The position numbers and the translations under genes were made by a program. The notes under the pieces were generated by a model, which was given only the letters and a program-made list of their open reading frames with translations, was not told the origin of the DNA and searched no databases. Below, in pieces: positions 23,561 to 35,920 of a DNA stretch of 64,000 nucleotides. The first letter of the stretch is position 1. Each line of letters begins with the position of its first letter. The stretch comes from Vicugna vicugna (lineage: Eukaryota): positions 426,678 to 490,677 of the forward strand of contig MU058531.1 of assembly GCA_013265495.1 (NCBI GenBank), read 5' to 3'.

Positions 23561-24359
23561 TAACAAAGTTCTGTGGCTTCTACCTTACAGTCATAAGCAA
23601 TCCCTCTCCCCCATGAGGTGTCAGTATGTCTAAATTTCCAGGACTGTTCTGAGATTAATTCAGCAAATACTTACTGAGCACTTAATAGATGATGCAGGAG
23701 CTATAGGGCTGACTAAGACGGACTCTAATTTTAAAAAGTTTATGACAAGGATTACAACATCTGGCCAAGATGGACAGGAAGAATTGTTTTATTTTGCTGG
23801 TATGTGTTTTTGTTTTACTTTTTTATTTTAAACTAATTTCAGTGTTCTCAGGTATGGTATATATGCTGTATTTCACCCTACTACTTTCTTTTCCTGTATT
23901 ATATTATCTTTTTGGCCCTGGTAGACTTTTGAGATGGAGACCCTCCTGGTTTACGGATGGGTTAAGTGAAGAATAATTCAGAGTAGAAGACATAATATCT
24001 TGAGAGCTGACTCTGCACGCACGTGCACTGACAGGAGAAAGGTAAACGCCGTGAAGCTAATTTGGCTTACTTAAGCTTTGCTGACACCTGCACGGATCTG
24101 TTACCTGCTCCATAAAATTGTTTCCTGTTCTGTTCACTCAAATTCCAAAACAGCTACAAAATAAAGACACTGACAGGTGATTGATTTCTAAAATCTTGTA
24201 GATAAAGAGGTTGAATAATGAAGGGTACCTATACCTGCACAGCGAAGCCTCATATGGGAGATATTGAAAGGAAGGAACCACTGTTAACGGGCTGGACCAC
24301 CGTGTGTAAGCCCAGTCCTCTAGCCGATTTCAGCAGCTCCAGGGAAGAGGTTTCACCTT

Positions 24360-24520
24360 TAGGATCATAAAGTCTCAGCACTGGAAGGGAAATAGGCCTT
24401 ATAAATGGGGAAACTGTGTGAATAAATAACTAGATGATTTCTCCCAGGTCCTACAGATTGGAAAATGGCAGCACAGAAATAAACCCCTCATTGCCCAACT
24501 TCTAGTTGCTCTTTTCACAC
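24360..24520 (-). mobile_element. MIR
   Basis: ATAAATGGGGAAACTG...TTCTCCCAGGTCCTACAG. Confidence 0.6.
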
Positions 24521-26069
24521 TGTCATGATGGAAGCAGGTATTTTTGGCTAGAATAATTCAGATTCTTGGTCTGCATGACCTATAGGTACCAATCATTCTC
24601 ACTTCATTTCTCTCTGAGATACATTTTTGGACCTTGGGATTCTGGAGAGGTTTGTGTACATGTAGCAAAGATTTAGCTTCAACTAACACTTAGGCTGTAT
24701 ATCACCAGGAAAAGTGAAACTGAAGTTTCACCTTGTCATTTGAGCAATTCAGGGAAAAATAAAAATAATCTGCTATTGAAGGGGAAGAAAAGAGTGTTCA
24801 AAATTGATTTTTGACTTTGATTCAACCTACCAGGTCTTTGCCCAGTTCCTCTTTTTTTGTGTGTATAAGTGGAGCCAAGAGTCATAAAGATAAATCAGAA
24901 TCAGCTAAGTTCAAAGGATATGACTCAATTCAGAGAGTTCATCTCTCAGGAGAAAGCTTGAGAATAAACAAATCCATTCTGTAAGCTGCTCAATTTTGTA
25001 CTCCTCTGAAATTGGCTACATCACAGCACAAAGTGTGGAAGGCTTGGGTTATCTTTAAAGCATTCACCACTCTTTGAAGTTTGTTCCTGGGGTTCATTCA
25101 TTCTTTAAACAAATTATTGGTGGTGTCAGGAGGGTGTTTATGGATGAAGAGGAACAGGATGAGAAGCTTATGACTTACTGAATGATGAAGGCTAAAATAA
25201 GCACAGGCGTTTCTACCATGCCAAGTAGACCATAACAATGGAAACCAGCTATAAACAGTACTGGGGAAATCAGAAACCTTCCCCAAAGAGATTTCGTTTG
25301 TGTTAGATGGTGAGGGATGGATAAGATTTCTGTAAGTCTTGACTCACACAGGTCTCTCCACTTAGAATGGCCACCCTACATTTTGGTTGATTAAAAAGTA
25401 GTGAGTGAATAATTATTTTATCAAGTACTACTTGAAAGCCTACGATGTTCTGTGAAAAACTCTATTCAGCCAATTAATGCTACCACCTTAGTTAAGCTTT
25501 CTAGGAACATCTCAGCAAAGATTTCTTATTTGTTTGTGTTTCTGGTCAGCTTAATTGGTGCTAATTATTTTGCATGAACCACATACCTAGAACTGTGTAT
25601 ATGTGTGTGTTTCATTTATGTACTCAGCTTATAAGCTGCTTGAGGACAGGTATGGTTTTTGTGTTATTTTAATTCAGCCCAGTACTTAGTACAGAGTGTG
25701 AGTTTAAGAAGGATTTATTGAATAAAATGAGGTAGGTAATTGGCTAATCTTCACTTTGTATTTGTGTATATAAATAGTCTATGTTTATGTGAATCATTTC
25801 TGTCTTCCTCGTGACAAATAGCACCACCATAGTCAACTGACTACAGACCATAGTTTGGATGGTTGAAAAATAAAATGATCAGATGGCTGGATCTCGAAGT
25901 TCCCTGTTCTCTGTAATGTCCCCTGGGCATAGCCTATTCTAACATCTAGTTTTTATGGAAATGGTTTTGAAATTTATGTGAAGCTATTCTGTAAGGATAA
26001 TGAAATAGAACATTTGTAGAAAATTATATAAAGGTAAAGACATAATTTTGAATTCAGGGGGTTTCAGGG

Positions 26070-26096
26070 TTTTTTTTTTTTTTTTTTTTTTTTTTT
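26070..26096 (+). repeat. Uninterrupted poly(T)27
   Basis: Read directly from the sequence. Confidence 0.95.
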
Positions 26097-26489
26097 ATCT
26101 TAACGTCTTTTAAAATCAGAAAACTTTGGAGATTAAAAACTGAAAGAGTTTGTGCAGAAGGCTGCTCAGGGGCAGAGATGATAGAACACCTCATCACTTT
26201 CTACACTTGCCCATCAGTTCAAGCCTTTCCTCCTGTCATACAAAAATTACTGAGGTTAATAGGCTGGCTTCAGCCTTGTTCCCCAATCTGCCAGAAGGGT
26301 TTAAAGTCAGAATCTGAAGGATGCATATGATGTACAGTATTGAGTCTGCCTGAATTGTCTCTACACATAGACCCACCATGAAGATCAGAGGCTCAGCTCC
26401 TTTGGCTCAGAATCCAACGTGATATCATTAAGCATTCTGCGTAGTTAAGCTCACAGAACTCAGAATGGATGTCATTTTTTTCATGCTCA

Positions 26490-26650
26490 AGTACTGAAAG
26501 AGGTAAATACTTTTATTACGACACAAACAAGAAAACTGAAGTTCAGAAAGTTTCTGTCTGCTGCCCAAGGTCATTCAGTTGGTGAGTGGTACAGCAGTGA
26601 TTTGAACCCAGGCAGTCCAATTCTGTGCCAGCAATATTAATCCCCAAGTT
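26490..26650 (-). mobile_element. MIR
   Basis: GAAAACTGAAGTTCAGAAAG...CCCAAGGTCATTCAG...GATTTGAACCCAGGCAGTC. Confidence 0.8.
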
Positions 26651-28668
26651 ATTTTGCGTTTGGGAATTCCACTTCCCAATTTTATGTGACACTTTGAGGA
26701 TATGCCCACCCTCCTCTGAGAAAATAGACTCACCACAGAAGTAGATTCTAATCTCAGTTGTAGATAATACTACCAGTTGGTTCTTGAACCTTCATGGAAT
26801 AGGGTCTGGTATAATTAAGTGCTACATAAATATTCCCTGAATGAATGAATAGCATGTCCCTAGATAGACACCTTCTTTATTAAACTCTTCATTGAAATTT
26901 TCATTAAATCCTCAGTTGGATTCGGGTTTGTATAATCAGTGGAGTCTAAGAGAATATTCCCCCTTTAATTCAAATTCTGCCTTAAAAAGGAAAACATTTG
27001 GATCTGAGCATTAGCAGGATATTTCCTACGCGCTCTCTTACACTTGTGAAATTGCTATTTATTTCCCTCAACCACTGCCATTTTAAGAGCTACTAGGCTG
27101 TGATTATATGGCAATTTACTTGCCATCTTGCCCTTTTCCATCAACAGTGCCAATGCATAATTAAACCATGTGCTCTGGGGAAGAGACACTTCTGAGTACA
27201 GAGGTAAAAGCAAGATATTGTCTCAAGAAGAGAGCACAGAAAACAATTTAAATACCAAATTAATGTCAATATATGCTTTGGTGAGGGAAACTCACTTGGA
27301 TAATTTGTTTCCATAGTGCTTTTTAATTTATTGATAGTGTAGTGTTGAAGATATGGTTATTAGCCGTAAGATCTTAACATAGTATGTAAAATAATTAGAA
27401 AAAATTAATAATCATTTGATTATTGTAGCAGTTAAGAAGTCACAGAAATCTGTCATGAGGGCTCAGGAAGTAATAATGTATATCAAATACATCAATATAA
27501 TTTGGAGGGGTTTTTGTTTTTGTTTTTTGCTGTAGACAGGACACATGTTCTCAGTATACAGCAGGCACAGGATGAACAGATGCAAATTAATCTAGATCCC
27601 CTGGGAGTCATTTTGACACTAGTTTCTTGGGGATTTCCCTGTTTCATAAATAAATGCCTGCTATTACATTCATTTACATTTTGCTGCAGGCCAGTAGAGA
27701 AAACCCATTTAACACAGATCAGGCTGCACTCGGCCTGATAACTCGGCAGGGTGCATCTCACAGGGTAAGGCAGTGATGAGCTCTAACTACGAGGCACAGA
27801 AAAACCAAACACGTGCAGAACACCCCCTGTGACTCCGTTGGCTTGGCTATAGCCTACAGATCGTGGGCTAGAGGGAAAATTTCTGGAATTTATCCATTTT
27901 TCTTCCTCCACTGGTTTTCACACTGAGAACTAAGGCCGATACTGCTTTCCTTCATAAACCAGTTTACCCTTTGCAGTGAAGTGATGGTTCACAGGAAAAG
28001 AGAGCAAATGTACTCTGGTAGGATTTCCTGGGTTGGTGAGCCCTTTAAGTTCCTCACGATCTAACCTGATCCCAAACAGCATCTTCCAGTCTTTTTTGGT
28101 CAATTTCAGGGACCCAAAGTAGGACAAGAGGAATGTATCTAGAACAAAGGAAAAGTACTTTCAAAGGAGCGTGGGGCCCACTTCATAGACTTTAAAAATT
28201 CAATTTCTCCTTAGAGTGAATTTGAATGATTTAGAATGGATTAGAATGAAAGAGAGCACCCCTTGGGGAATGATTGTGCTGAAGTCTGAACTCTCTTGGG
28301 GACAAGACTTCACCTTGTACGATGCTCCTTGCATCACATGACACTACATGCTAACCTTCCAACACTTGGGGCCCATCAGTGTCCTTTCCACCAAGAAGGG
28401 TCTCTTCCTTTAGCAGAGTAAGTTTTCAGGGTCCTCATTCTTGGCTTCATGTAATCATTTTAAGGAGTTTTGTATTTTACTGTTCAATGAAGGATAGCTC
28501 TTTATAATAAAAACATAAACAAAACAAACATATCCTCTGACTCTTGTGTCTGTGGGTCAGCCTAAGAATAACATAAGCCCCTCAGAGACTTGATACAGAG
28601 TAAATCTCGGTAGCTTCAGAAGTTGTGATATGGGCATATTAGCATCCTCCAAAAGTTACCAAAACCTA

Positions 28669-28850
28669 CTAACTGCTATTTATAAAACAGATAAACAGCA
28701 AGGTCCTGCTGTACAGCACAGGGAACTATATTCAATTCCTTGTGGTAGCCTATTATGAAAAGGAATATATACATGTACCCTGAGTCACTATGACGTACAC
28801 CAGAAATTAACACAACATTGTAAACGGACTATACTTAAATTAAAAAAATT
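28669..28850 (+). mobile_element. Short L1 3' end (possibly extending to 28976 as a 3' transduction)
   Basis: ATAAACAGCAAGGTCCTGCTGTACAGCACAGGGAACTATATTCAA...AACACAACATTGTAAACGGACTATACTT plus A-tail; homologous to 63075-63259. Confidence 0.85.
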
Positions 28851-30312
28851 CACACACACAAGCACATGTTCAAAGAAGCAAACCTCCAATCATCCAATCT
28901 AAATGGCAAAACTATTTGTTTAGGATCTTACACCAGGATTTGTTAATAAAACTTTTGTTTATTCTGCCCAAAAAAATAGTTGTGAAAACCTAAGTAGTTG
29001 CACAAACATGGCTAATCCCCATGGTGGGTTTTCTTTGTGTGTGTGTGTGTGTGTATACTTGTGAATTTTGACAAGCAAATATCAGACTGGCCGAAAAGTG
29101 GATGATCACTGGGGCAGTGATTATGTTACATTAGGCAATGTCTATGTGTTTTATAGCATTATGTAATCATTTTTCAAAGTTAACATTAAAATGTGGAATC
29201 CTATTTTGATACCTGGCAGAAGCCTGTTATTTCAGGGAATCCAGTGATATCTCAGCACCAAATATGCCACTTTTCCAAGCTGGGATTCCAGCGATATAGG
29301 GCATTAATAAAATAATGCCCCCCTAAATGCCTACAAGGAGACTCAAAACCTCAAGACCTTAAGCATTCTCAGCCGATTGTAAAGTTGAGGACACAGGCCC
29401 GGCCTGGGTTTCCTGTGTGTGTCTCCCCTCTTTAAAGTTACATGCATTATCAGGCTCAAATCCAGACCTGTGGCAACTCCACTTGAGGCATGTTAATGTT
29501 GAAAGAAGAGGGTAGAAATAATTTTCCATATTCCAAGGGCCCTAAGTCAATGATTTGAGGCAACCAAAGGAGTCTGGTATGAATTCTGCAATTTGGCTGT
29601 CAGTTCTGTTTTAAGACTTCATTCAATGTCCGCTTAATGATTTCCTTTCCACAGAGCCTTGACTAAGTACTGGAGGGGAAATGAAGGTACAGAAGCATGA
29701 ATCCTTTCAGTTAGTAGCCCCTGTTCTCCTGTTTTAGTAGCTGTGGCCACTTGGAGACCTGTGGTGGATGAAATGGAGGATTCTTAGGAGATTTCTTTGG
29801 CCCAATTTTCTTTTATGTAGAGGGCCTGGGTAAGGCGTCTCCAAGCTGGAACATGACAGTATCCCAACCACTCATCCCCTGCAGCTCTTCTGCCGGTTCT
29901 CCCCGCCACCCCCGCCCCACAGGGCAATCCATGTAATAAAACAAGAGGTTGGTTCTGATTCTATCTTAACCAGGCATCTTGTCATGTCCTGAGATTTTTC
30001 TGTGATTTGCAAAACTGAGTATCAGCATGACAGATTTTCATCAGGGCAGTGATAGTAAAGGTGGTGTTTGAAGCAGTTATTTGGGGCAACAGGAAGAATG
30101 TAAATGCCTAAGCATTCCCCATCATTCTGCCCTATGGAGTCTTGGCAGAGAGGAGGGAAGAAGGAAATTTGAAAGTTCTCTGCTGTCTGGCCTATTCATC
30201 TTATTGTTAACATCTGCAGGATTTTTCATATTATTCTTTAACAGTGATTTCTTATTCCAGCTAAGAGATTTCAGTTTAGTGGGAGTGGCTGTAGAGTTAC
30301 TAGTCAATTTAT

Positions 30313-31038
30313 TTTTTTTAAGTATTTTTTAAAAAATTTAAAAAAATTATTTAAAATTTATTTTGAAGTATATTCGATTTACAATGTTGTATTAGTTTCT
30401 GGTGTATGGCATAGTGATTCGATTATACATATACTCTTTTTCATTATAAGTTATTGCAAGACTATAGTTCCCTGTGCTATACAGTAGGACCTTGTTGTTT
30501 ACCTATTTCGTATATAGTAGTATCTGCTAACAAACTCCTGATTTATCCCTCCCCCTCATTTTCCCCTTTGGTAATCATAAGATTGTTTCTATGCCTGTGA
30601 GTCTGTTTCTGTTTTGTAAATAAGTTCATTTGTGTCATTTTTTTAGATTGCATGTATAAGTGGTATCATACGACATTTGTTTTTCTCTTTCTGACTTCAC
30701 TCAGATAATATCTGGGTCCATCCATGTTGCTGCAAATAGCATTATTTTTTTATGGCTGAGTAATATTCTACTGTATATGTATACTACATCTTTGTCCATT
30801 CATCTGTCAGTGGACATTTAAGTTGTTTCCAGTCTTGGCTATTGTAAATAGTGCTGCTGCATCTTTTCGAATTACAGTTTTTCTCTGGATATATGTCCAG
30901 GAGTGGGATTGCTGGATCATATGATAACTCTGTTTTTAGTTTTTTAAGGAACCTCCATACTGTTCTCCATAGTGGTTGCACCAAATTACATTCCCACCAA
31001 CAGTGTAGAAAGGTTCGCTTTTCTCCACACCCTCTCCA
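30313..31038 (-). mobile_element. 5'-truncated L1 3' end
   Basis: ORF2 C-terminal peptide [35 protein letters not shown]. 14-bp TSD ACTAG(T/C)CAATTTAT at 30299-30312 and 31039-31052. Confidence 0.95.
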
Positions 31039-31828
31039 ACTAGCCAATTTATGATCTCCTCTCTTCTGTTTACTTTTGAGGGGCTTCCACAGACAGGTTT
31101 CATTATAAACAGTATTATCCATTCTACAAAGGAGCAATAGAATATTCTGCATAAGACTTGGATCTGTGTCACATTTCCTTTCCAATGAATTCAGAATTCT
31201 CTTTGGCCCAGGAATTCAGAGCTCATGATAGGATTTTTTGTCAGCACCTCTAAAGAAAGATCAGTTTCATTGTCTTCCACTGTTTTTCAGTAATTACCTT
31301 TTTTTATTTCAATGAATAGATGAGTTCTTTTTATATAATTAACTCAATTATTTCATCTTCCTTCTTTAAAGAACAGATTGAGAGACTCTACCAGATCCTG
31401 AACCACAGCTGACATAGCTTGGGGCAATCTTAATACAATATGCAACAAGCCACGGGTTTTCTATTTCAGAATTTTGCAAACATTACCTGGATATCAGAGA
31501 AGGTGGGCTCGGTTCTCTCAAGTCCCTGAGAAGGTTTGTGGTTGGAGGTGGGAGGAGTGTTGTGGAGAAATATGTCTCAGTACTACTCCCTTTGTTTTTA
31601 TTTTTCTTTCCATTTGGTAATTATATTTGTTATGTATTATAGTTTATTTTTATGTGGATTCTCAGAGGATTAAAAGAAGATATTTAGCATATGACATATT
31701 CATTCCTTCTACACTAGCAGGTATATAAGCAAGCCACATATTGTATATCACATATTTAGTATTTATACTCTGTCTCTTTCCTAATAATAGAACATGTGTA
31801 TTATAGGGTTATTAAATGATAGAAGAGA

Positions 31829-32041
31829 AGGGATAGACTGGGATTTCAAAATTGTAGAATAGATAAACAAAATTACACTGTATAGCACAGGGAAATATAC
31901 ACAAAATGTTATGATAACTCACAGAGAAAAAAAGGTGACAATGAGTGTGTATATGTCCATGAATGACTGAAAAATTGTGCTGAACACTGGAATTTGACAC
32001 AACATTGTAAAATGATTATAAATCAATAAAAAATGTTAAAA
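31829..32041 (+). mobile_element. Young short L1 3' end
   Basis: 15-bp TSD AAA(T/C)GATAGAAGAGA at 31814-31828 and 32042-32056; the single mismatch is a CpG>TpG transition. Confidence 0.95.
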
Positions 32042-33384
32042 AAACGATAGAAGAGAGCATTATATGAGAAAAATTATAGTTAAACAGTTGTACACACCAT
32101 TTAGCCTTGCAACATTACCTGTCACTTCTCATATGCCCAGTTTATTTAAAGTTTCATTATTTCACTTTTATTTCTGTTCCTCTTGTTAATTTTGGTTTGC
32201 TTTTCTGGCTGTTTCTTCCGACTCTTCGGAAGCCTATGCTAGACTACTTCATTCTGCCCACCACGGGGACTCTCCCTTAAGATAAAGATTCAACGTTCTT
32301 CTTGACAAACGTTTTATTTGCCAATAGGGAGTAGTGTCATTGTTAAAGGCGGCAGCAGCTTCATCCAGTAGTTGGCCTTGCTTTGGAGCAGGGTCACGGA
32401 CCCACTGTTCTTAAAGCTGAGTTTTGATTTTAGTAGCTGGACTCGGATTTTGCCTGGTTTTGGGTGTTATGGATCTTATCTGTCTGCAGTTTGACCCCAT
32501 CGCCTGCACCCATCGCCCACTTGGCATTAGTCTTCTTTTAATTCTACAAACGTGTTCTGCTTCCAAGCTTTTTTACACGTTCCTTTCTTTTCCTCTTTCT
32601 CTTTTAGTTTCAGTGCCACCTCCTAAGAAAGGCCTCTGTGAACCATCAAAATACATGACACTGTTACATTTTATGATGGACTTCTCCCTCCTTCGCCTTG
32701 CTTGTTAGAATCTGTCATTATGGTTTTCAGTTCTCTGGCTTTTGCAGTCATACTAGAATATAACTTTCATGAGGCTGGGAATACATTTGAAGCTGAAGCC
32801 TAGCACATAGCAGATGCTCTGAAAATACATGCTGAATAAATGGACAGTCGTCTTCATGGTAATTTATGTCATTACTTAGCTGGGTATGTATCTTTGAGTT
32901 CACAGTGGTATCTGTGTATATTAGGAATTAGCTTGACTTAAACTATATGGTAAATTTATTGAATCTGTGCTTGGTAGAGTAGAAGTTTGCAGACTAAATT
33001 GTTCTTTTGTCTCTGTGTTAATGTGAATTTAAGTATGTTATCAAAATGTGAATTTTTTCCTTAATTCAAATGCTAGTACGTATTGTAGAGAATTTGGAAA
33101 ACATAAGTATGGCAAAGAAAATATAAAACTACTGACTATCAGCCAGCAAGTCATTAATATAAGTTGTGTTACTCTCTGGCTTTTTGTGTAATATATATAT
33201 TTATTAAAAACATGTATATGTTGGGATCTTACCATGTGTACTTTTGGGGGAAACTTGCTTTCTTTGTACTTAATCTTTATTATGGGCAGTTTCTATACCA
33301 TTAGGTGTTGTTCAGAAATGTAAGTGGCCAAATGGTGGTTAAGCCTGTGGATATCCCACAGTTTATCAAGTAGTCGTCATCCTG

Positions 33385-33766
33385 GCCCTAGTGATTGATT
33401 CAGAGTTGGGCACTTGACCTAAGTCGAACTAGTTGAGTCCTCCCCAGGGACTATTATGACTTGCTGGCAGGAAAGAACTCCCTTCTTCTTTGGAAGTGGA
33501 GAAGCTGATATATGAGTTCAGGTTCTCATCAACTGGAGAAGAAACTAGTAAAGAGAATGAAGCCAACATGGAAGGAAATGCAGAGATAAGAAACTGCAAT
33601 GAAGAGAGAGTATGTCTTGCTGGCATGCTAACTCTTGGATCCATTTGTACCTGAGGACAGCTCCATCCTTCCCATAGTTTAAGTGAATATAAAAATCCCT
33701 TCTTTAAGCCTCAGTTGTTTGGAATTGGATTTCAGTGCCTTATAACCAAAAGAATCTGGAAAAACA
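33385..33766 (+). mobile_element. Old MaLR LTR (MLT1J/K-like)
   Basis: GTGATTGATTCAGAGTTGGGCACTTGACCTAAG...GAATGAAGCCAACA...TGGATCCA...TTGGATTTCAGTGCCTTATAACCAAAAGAATC. Confidence 0.75.
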
Positions 33767-35098
33767 TAGATGCCAAGGATGCTTTGTACCCTGTGGTGTC
33801 AGTGAAAAGTCTTGGCTAATTATGGAAGATGACCTGGAAAAAACTCCCTTTTAAAAAATCTTCTATCTACTCCTGAATTTAGTTATAGGAGCAGAGTGCT
33901 ATAATCCTGGATTATTTTGCATTAGTCCCTTTTAGAATCTAAATGTTGGAGTGAGGGACTCAGCACGTACATTGTGACCCATTAAGAAAGAGCCCACATA
34001 ATATATTGTCATGTGTGCTGGAAAGGATACAATTAAGGGTAGTGTCTGTTTCATTACTCAGTGTTCTTACTTATGTGTGGACCCTAGTTAAAAGTTCCTG
34101 TCTTGTCTTAGTACATGGCAACTTCAGTGGGGGACAGAGGCAATAATATGTTCCATGAATCCAATGTCTACTTTAATATGCTCTTAACTCAAGATTGAAC
34201 ATGACAGAGGATGGTGGATATTTCTGTTCTCAACCTAACTTGGCACCACTAGCAGGCAATAGCATGAACACTGTCTATAATTCAGTTGCCACAACAATTA
34301 AGAATTTATGCGTTAAGAAAAAAATTATGGGAACCACAGTATTTCAAATTTTGTGCAAAAGTCAGAGTTTATTACTAGTTTCATACGACATTATTTTAAG
34401 TTCTTATAAAATGCAACTACATTCTACTAGGAATGGTTGAGCTTCTCCTGGGAAATTGTTTTATTTTAATCTTGTGAACATCATGGATTATGTAATTGAT
34501 CAGGTTTCCTAATTTTTGTTGATGGCTAAAAATCATAAATTTGTTCCCCATTTATAGAAAATGCATAATTATAAGATTTAACCTCATTCCTGGTTTGTAA
34601 TTCATTGTTGGATTCAGCTCATATACATGCCTTGTGGTTACCTATTTACTTATAGTCTATTTTATCTTCCTTTGGCTCATTAATTTTAGATTACTTTAAA
34701 CTCTTACTGGAAAATAGTGAAATGTAAGAATATGAAAATATTTTTGATCCCTTTTTTAAGATGTTACTTCTGTGTATGCCCCTGCCATTTATTTCCATTT
34801 CCTTGCCCAGTGAGTATCTAGTCTTTTGTCTGTTTTCTTCTCCCCAAATCCTTTCCTTGGTAAGCGTGTACTCCTCCTCTGATTTTATGTACGACGATTT
34901 AGCCAGCAATTGATTTTGTAAGTTACCCCGGGGCCTTTTATTTTATCGTGGTTTGTCTGGTACACATTCTCTAAAAAATGTATTTATAGAGAAATTCACC
35001 TATTTCTATTTTACTTCTGTAGGTATAGCTTTTTAATAATTTTATGTATAATTATCTTGAGTCTTTTTTTAAGGCATTCAAACTTCGGTCTCTCGGTC

Positions 35099-35920
35099 TT
35101 TTTTTAAATTGAAGTATGGTTGATTTACAATGTTTCAGATATATGGCAAAGTGATTCATTTATACATACATATATTCTTTTTTCTGATCCTTTTCTATTA
35201 TAGGTTATTACAAGATACTGAAAATAGTTCCCAGTATATACTATACAGTAGGTTCTTATTGTTTATCTATTTTATATGTAGTAGTTTGTATTTGTTAATC
35301 CCAAACTCCTAATTTATCTATCCCTCCTTTTCTCCTTTGGTAACCACAAGTTTGTTTCATATCTGTGAGTCTATTTGTTTTGTAAATAAATTCATTTGTA
35401 TCATCATTTTAAGATTCCACATATAAAAGATATATATTTGTATTTCTCTGACTTCACTTAGTATGATGGTCTCTAGGTCCATCCATATTGCTGCAAGTGA
35501 CATTATTTTATTGTTTTTTTTTTTTATGGCTGAGTAACAGTCCATTCTGTATATGTACAACATCCTCTTTATCCATTCATCTGTCAGTGAACATTTAGGT
35601 TGATTCCAGTTCTTAGCTATTGTAAATAGTGCTGCCATAAACATTGGGGTGCATATATCTTTTTGAATGAAGAGTTTTTATCTTTTCCAGGTATATACCC
35701 AGGAATGGGATTGCTGGATCATATGAAAAGTCTATTTTTAGTTTTTCAAGGAACCTGCATAGTGGCGGCACCGATTTATATCCCCACCAATAGTGCAGGA
35801 GGGTTCCCTTTCCTCCACATTCTCTCTAGCGTTTAATATTTGTAGACTGTCTGATGCTGGTCATTCTGACTGGTGTTAAGGTGATACTGGATTGTAGTTT
35901 TGATTTGCATTTCTCTAATT
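35099..35920 (-). mobile_element. 5'-truncated L1 3' end
   Basis: TTTTAAATTGAAGTATGGTTGATTTACAATG; minus-strand peptide [18 protein letters not shown]. Confidence 0.9.

Noticed and set aside
26070..26096. Poly(T)27 as the tail of a retrocopy
   Set aside because: No TSD or recognisable element body next to it; treated as a simple homopolymer.
30784..31185. 133-aa ORF as an L1-host fusion protein
   Set aside because: Chance read-through from flank into an L1 ORF2 fragment across the TSD; non-ATG start and no promoter or splice support.
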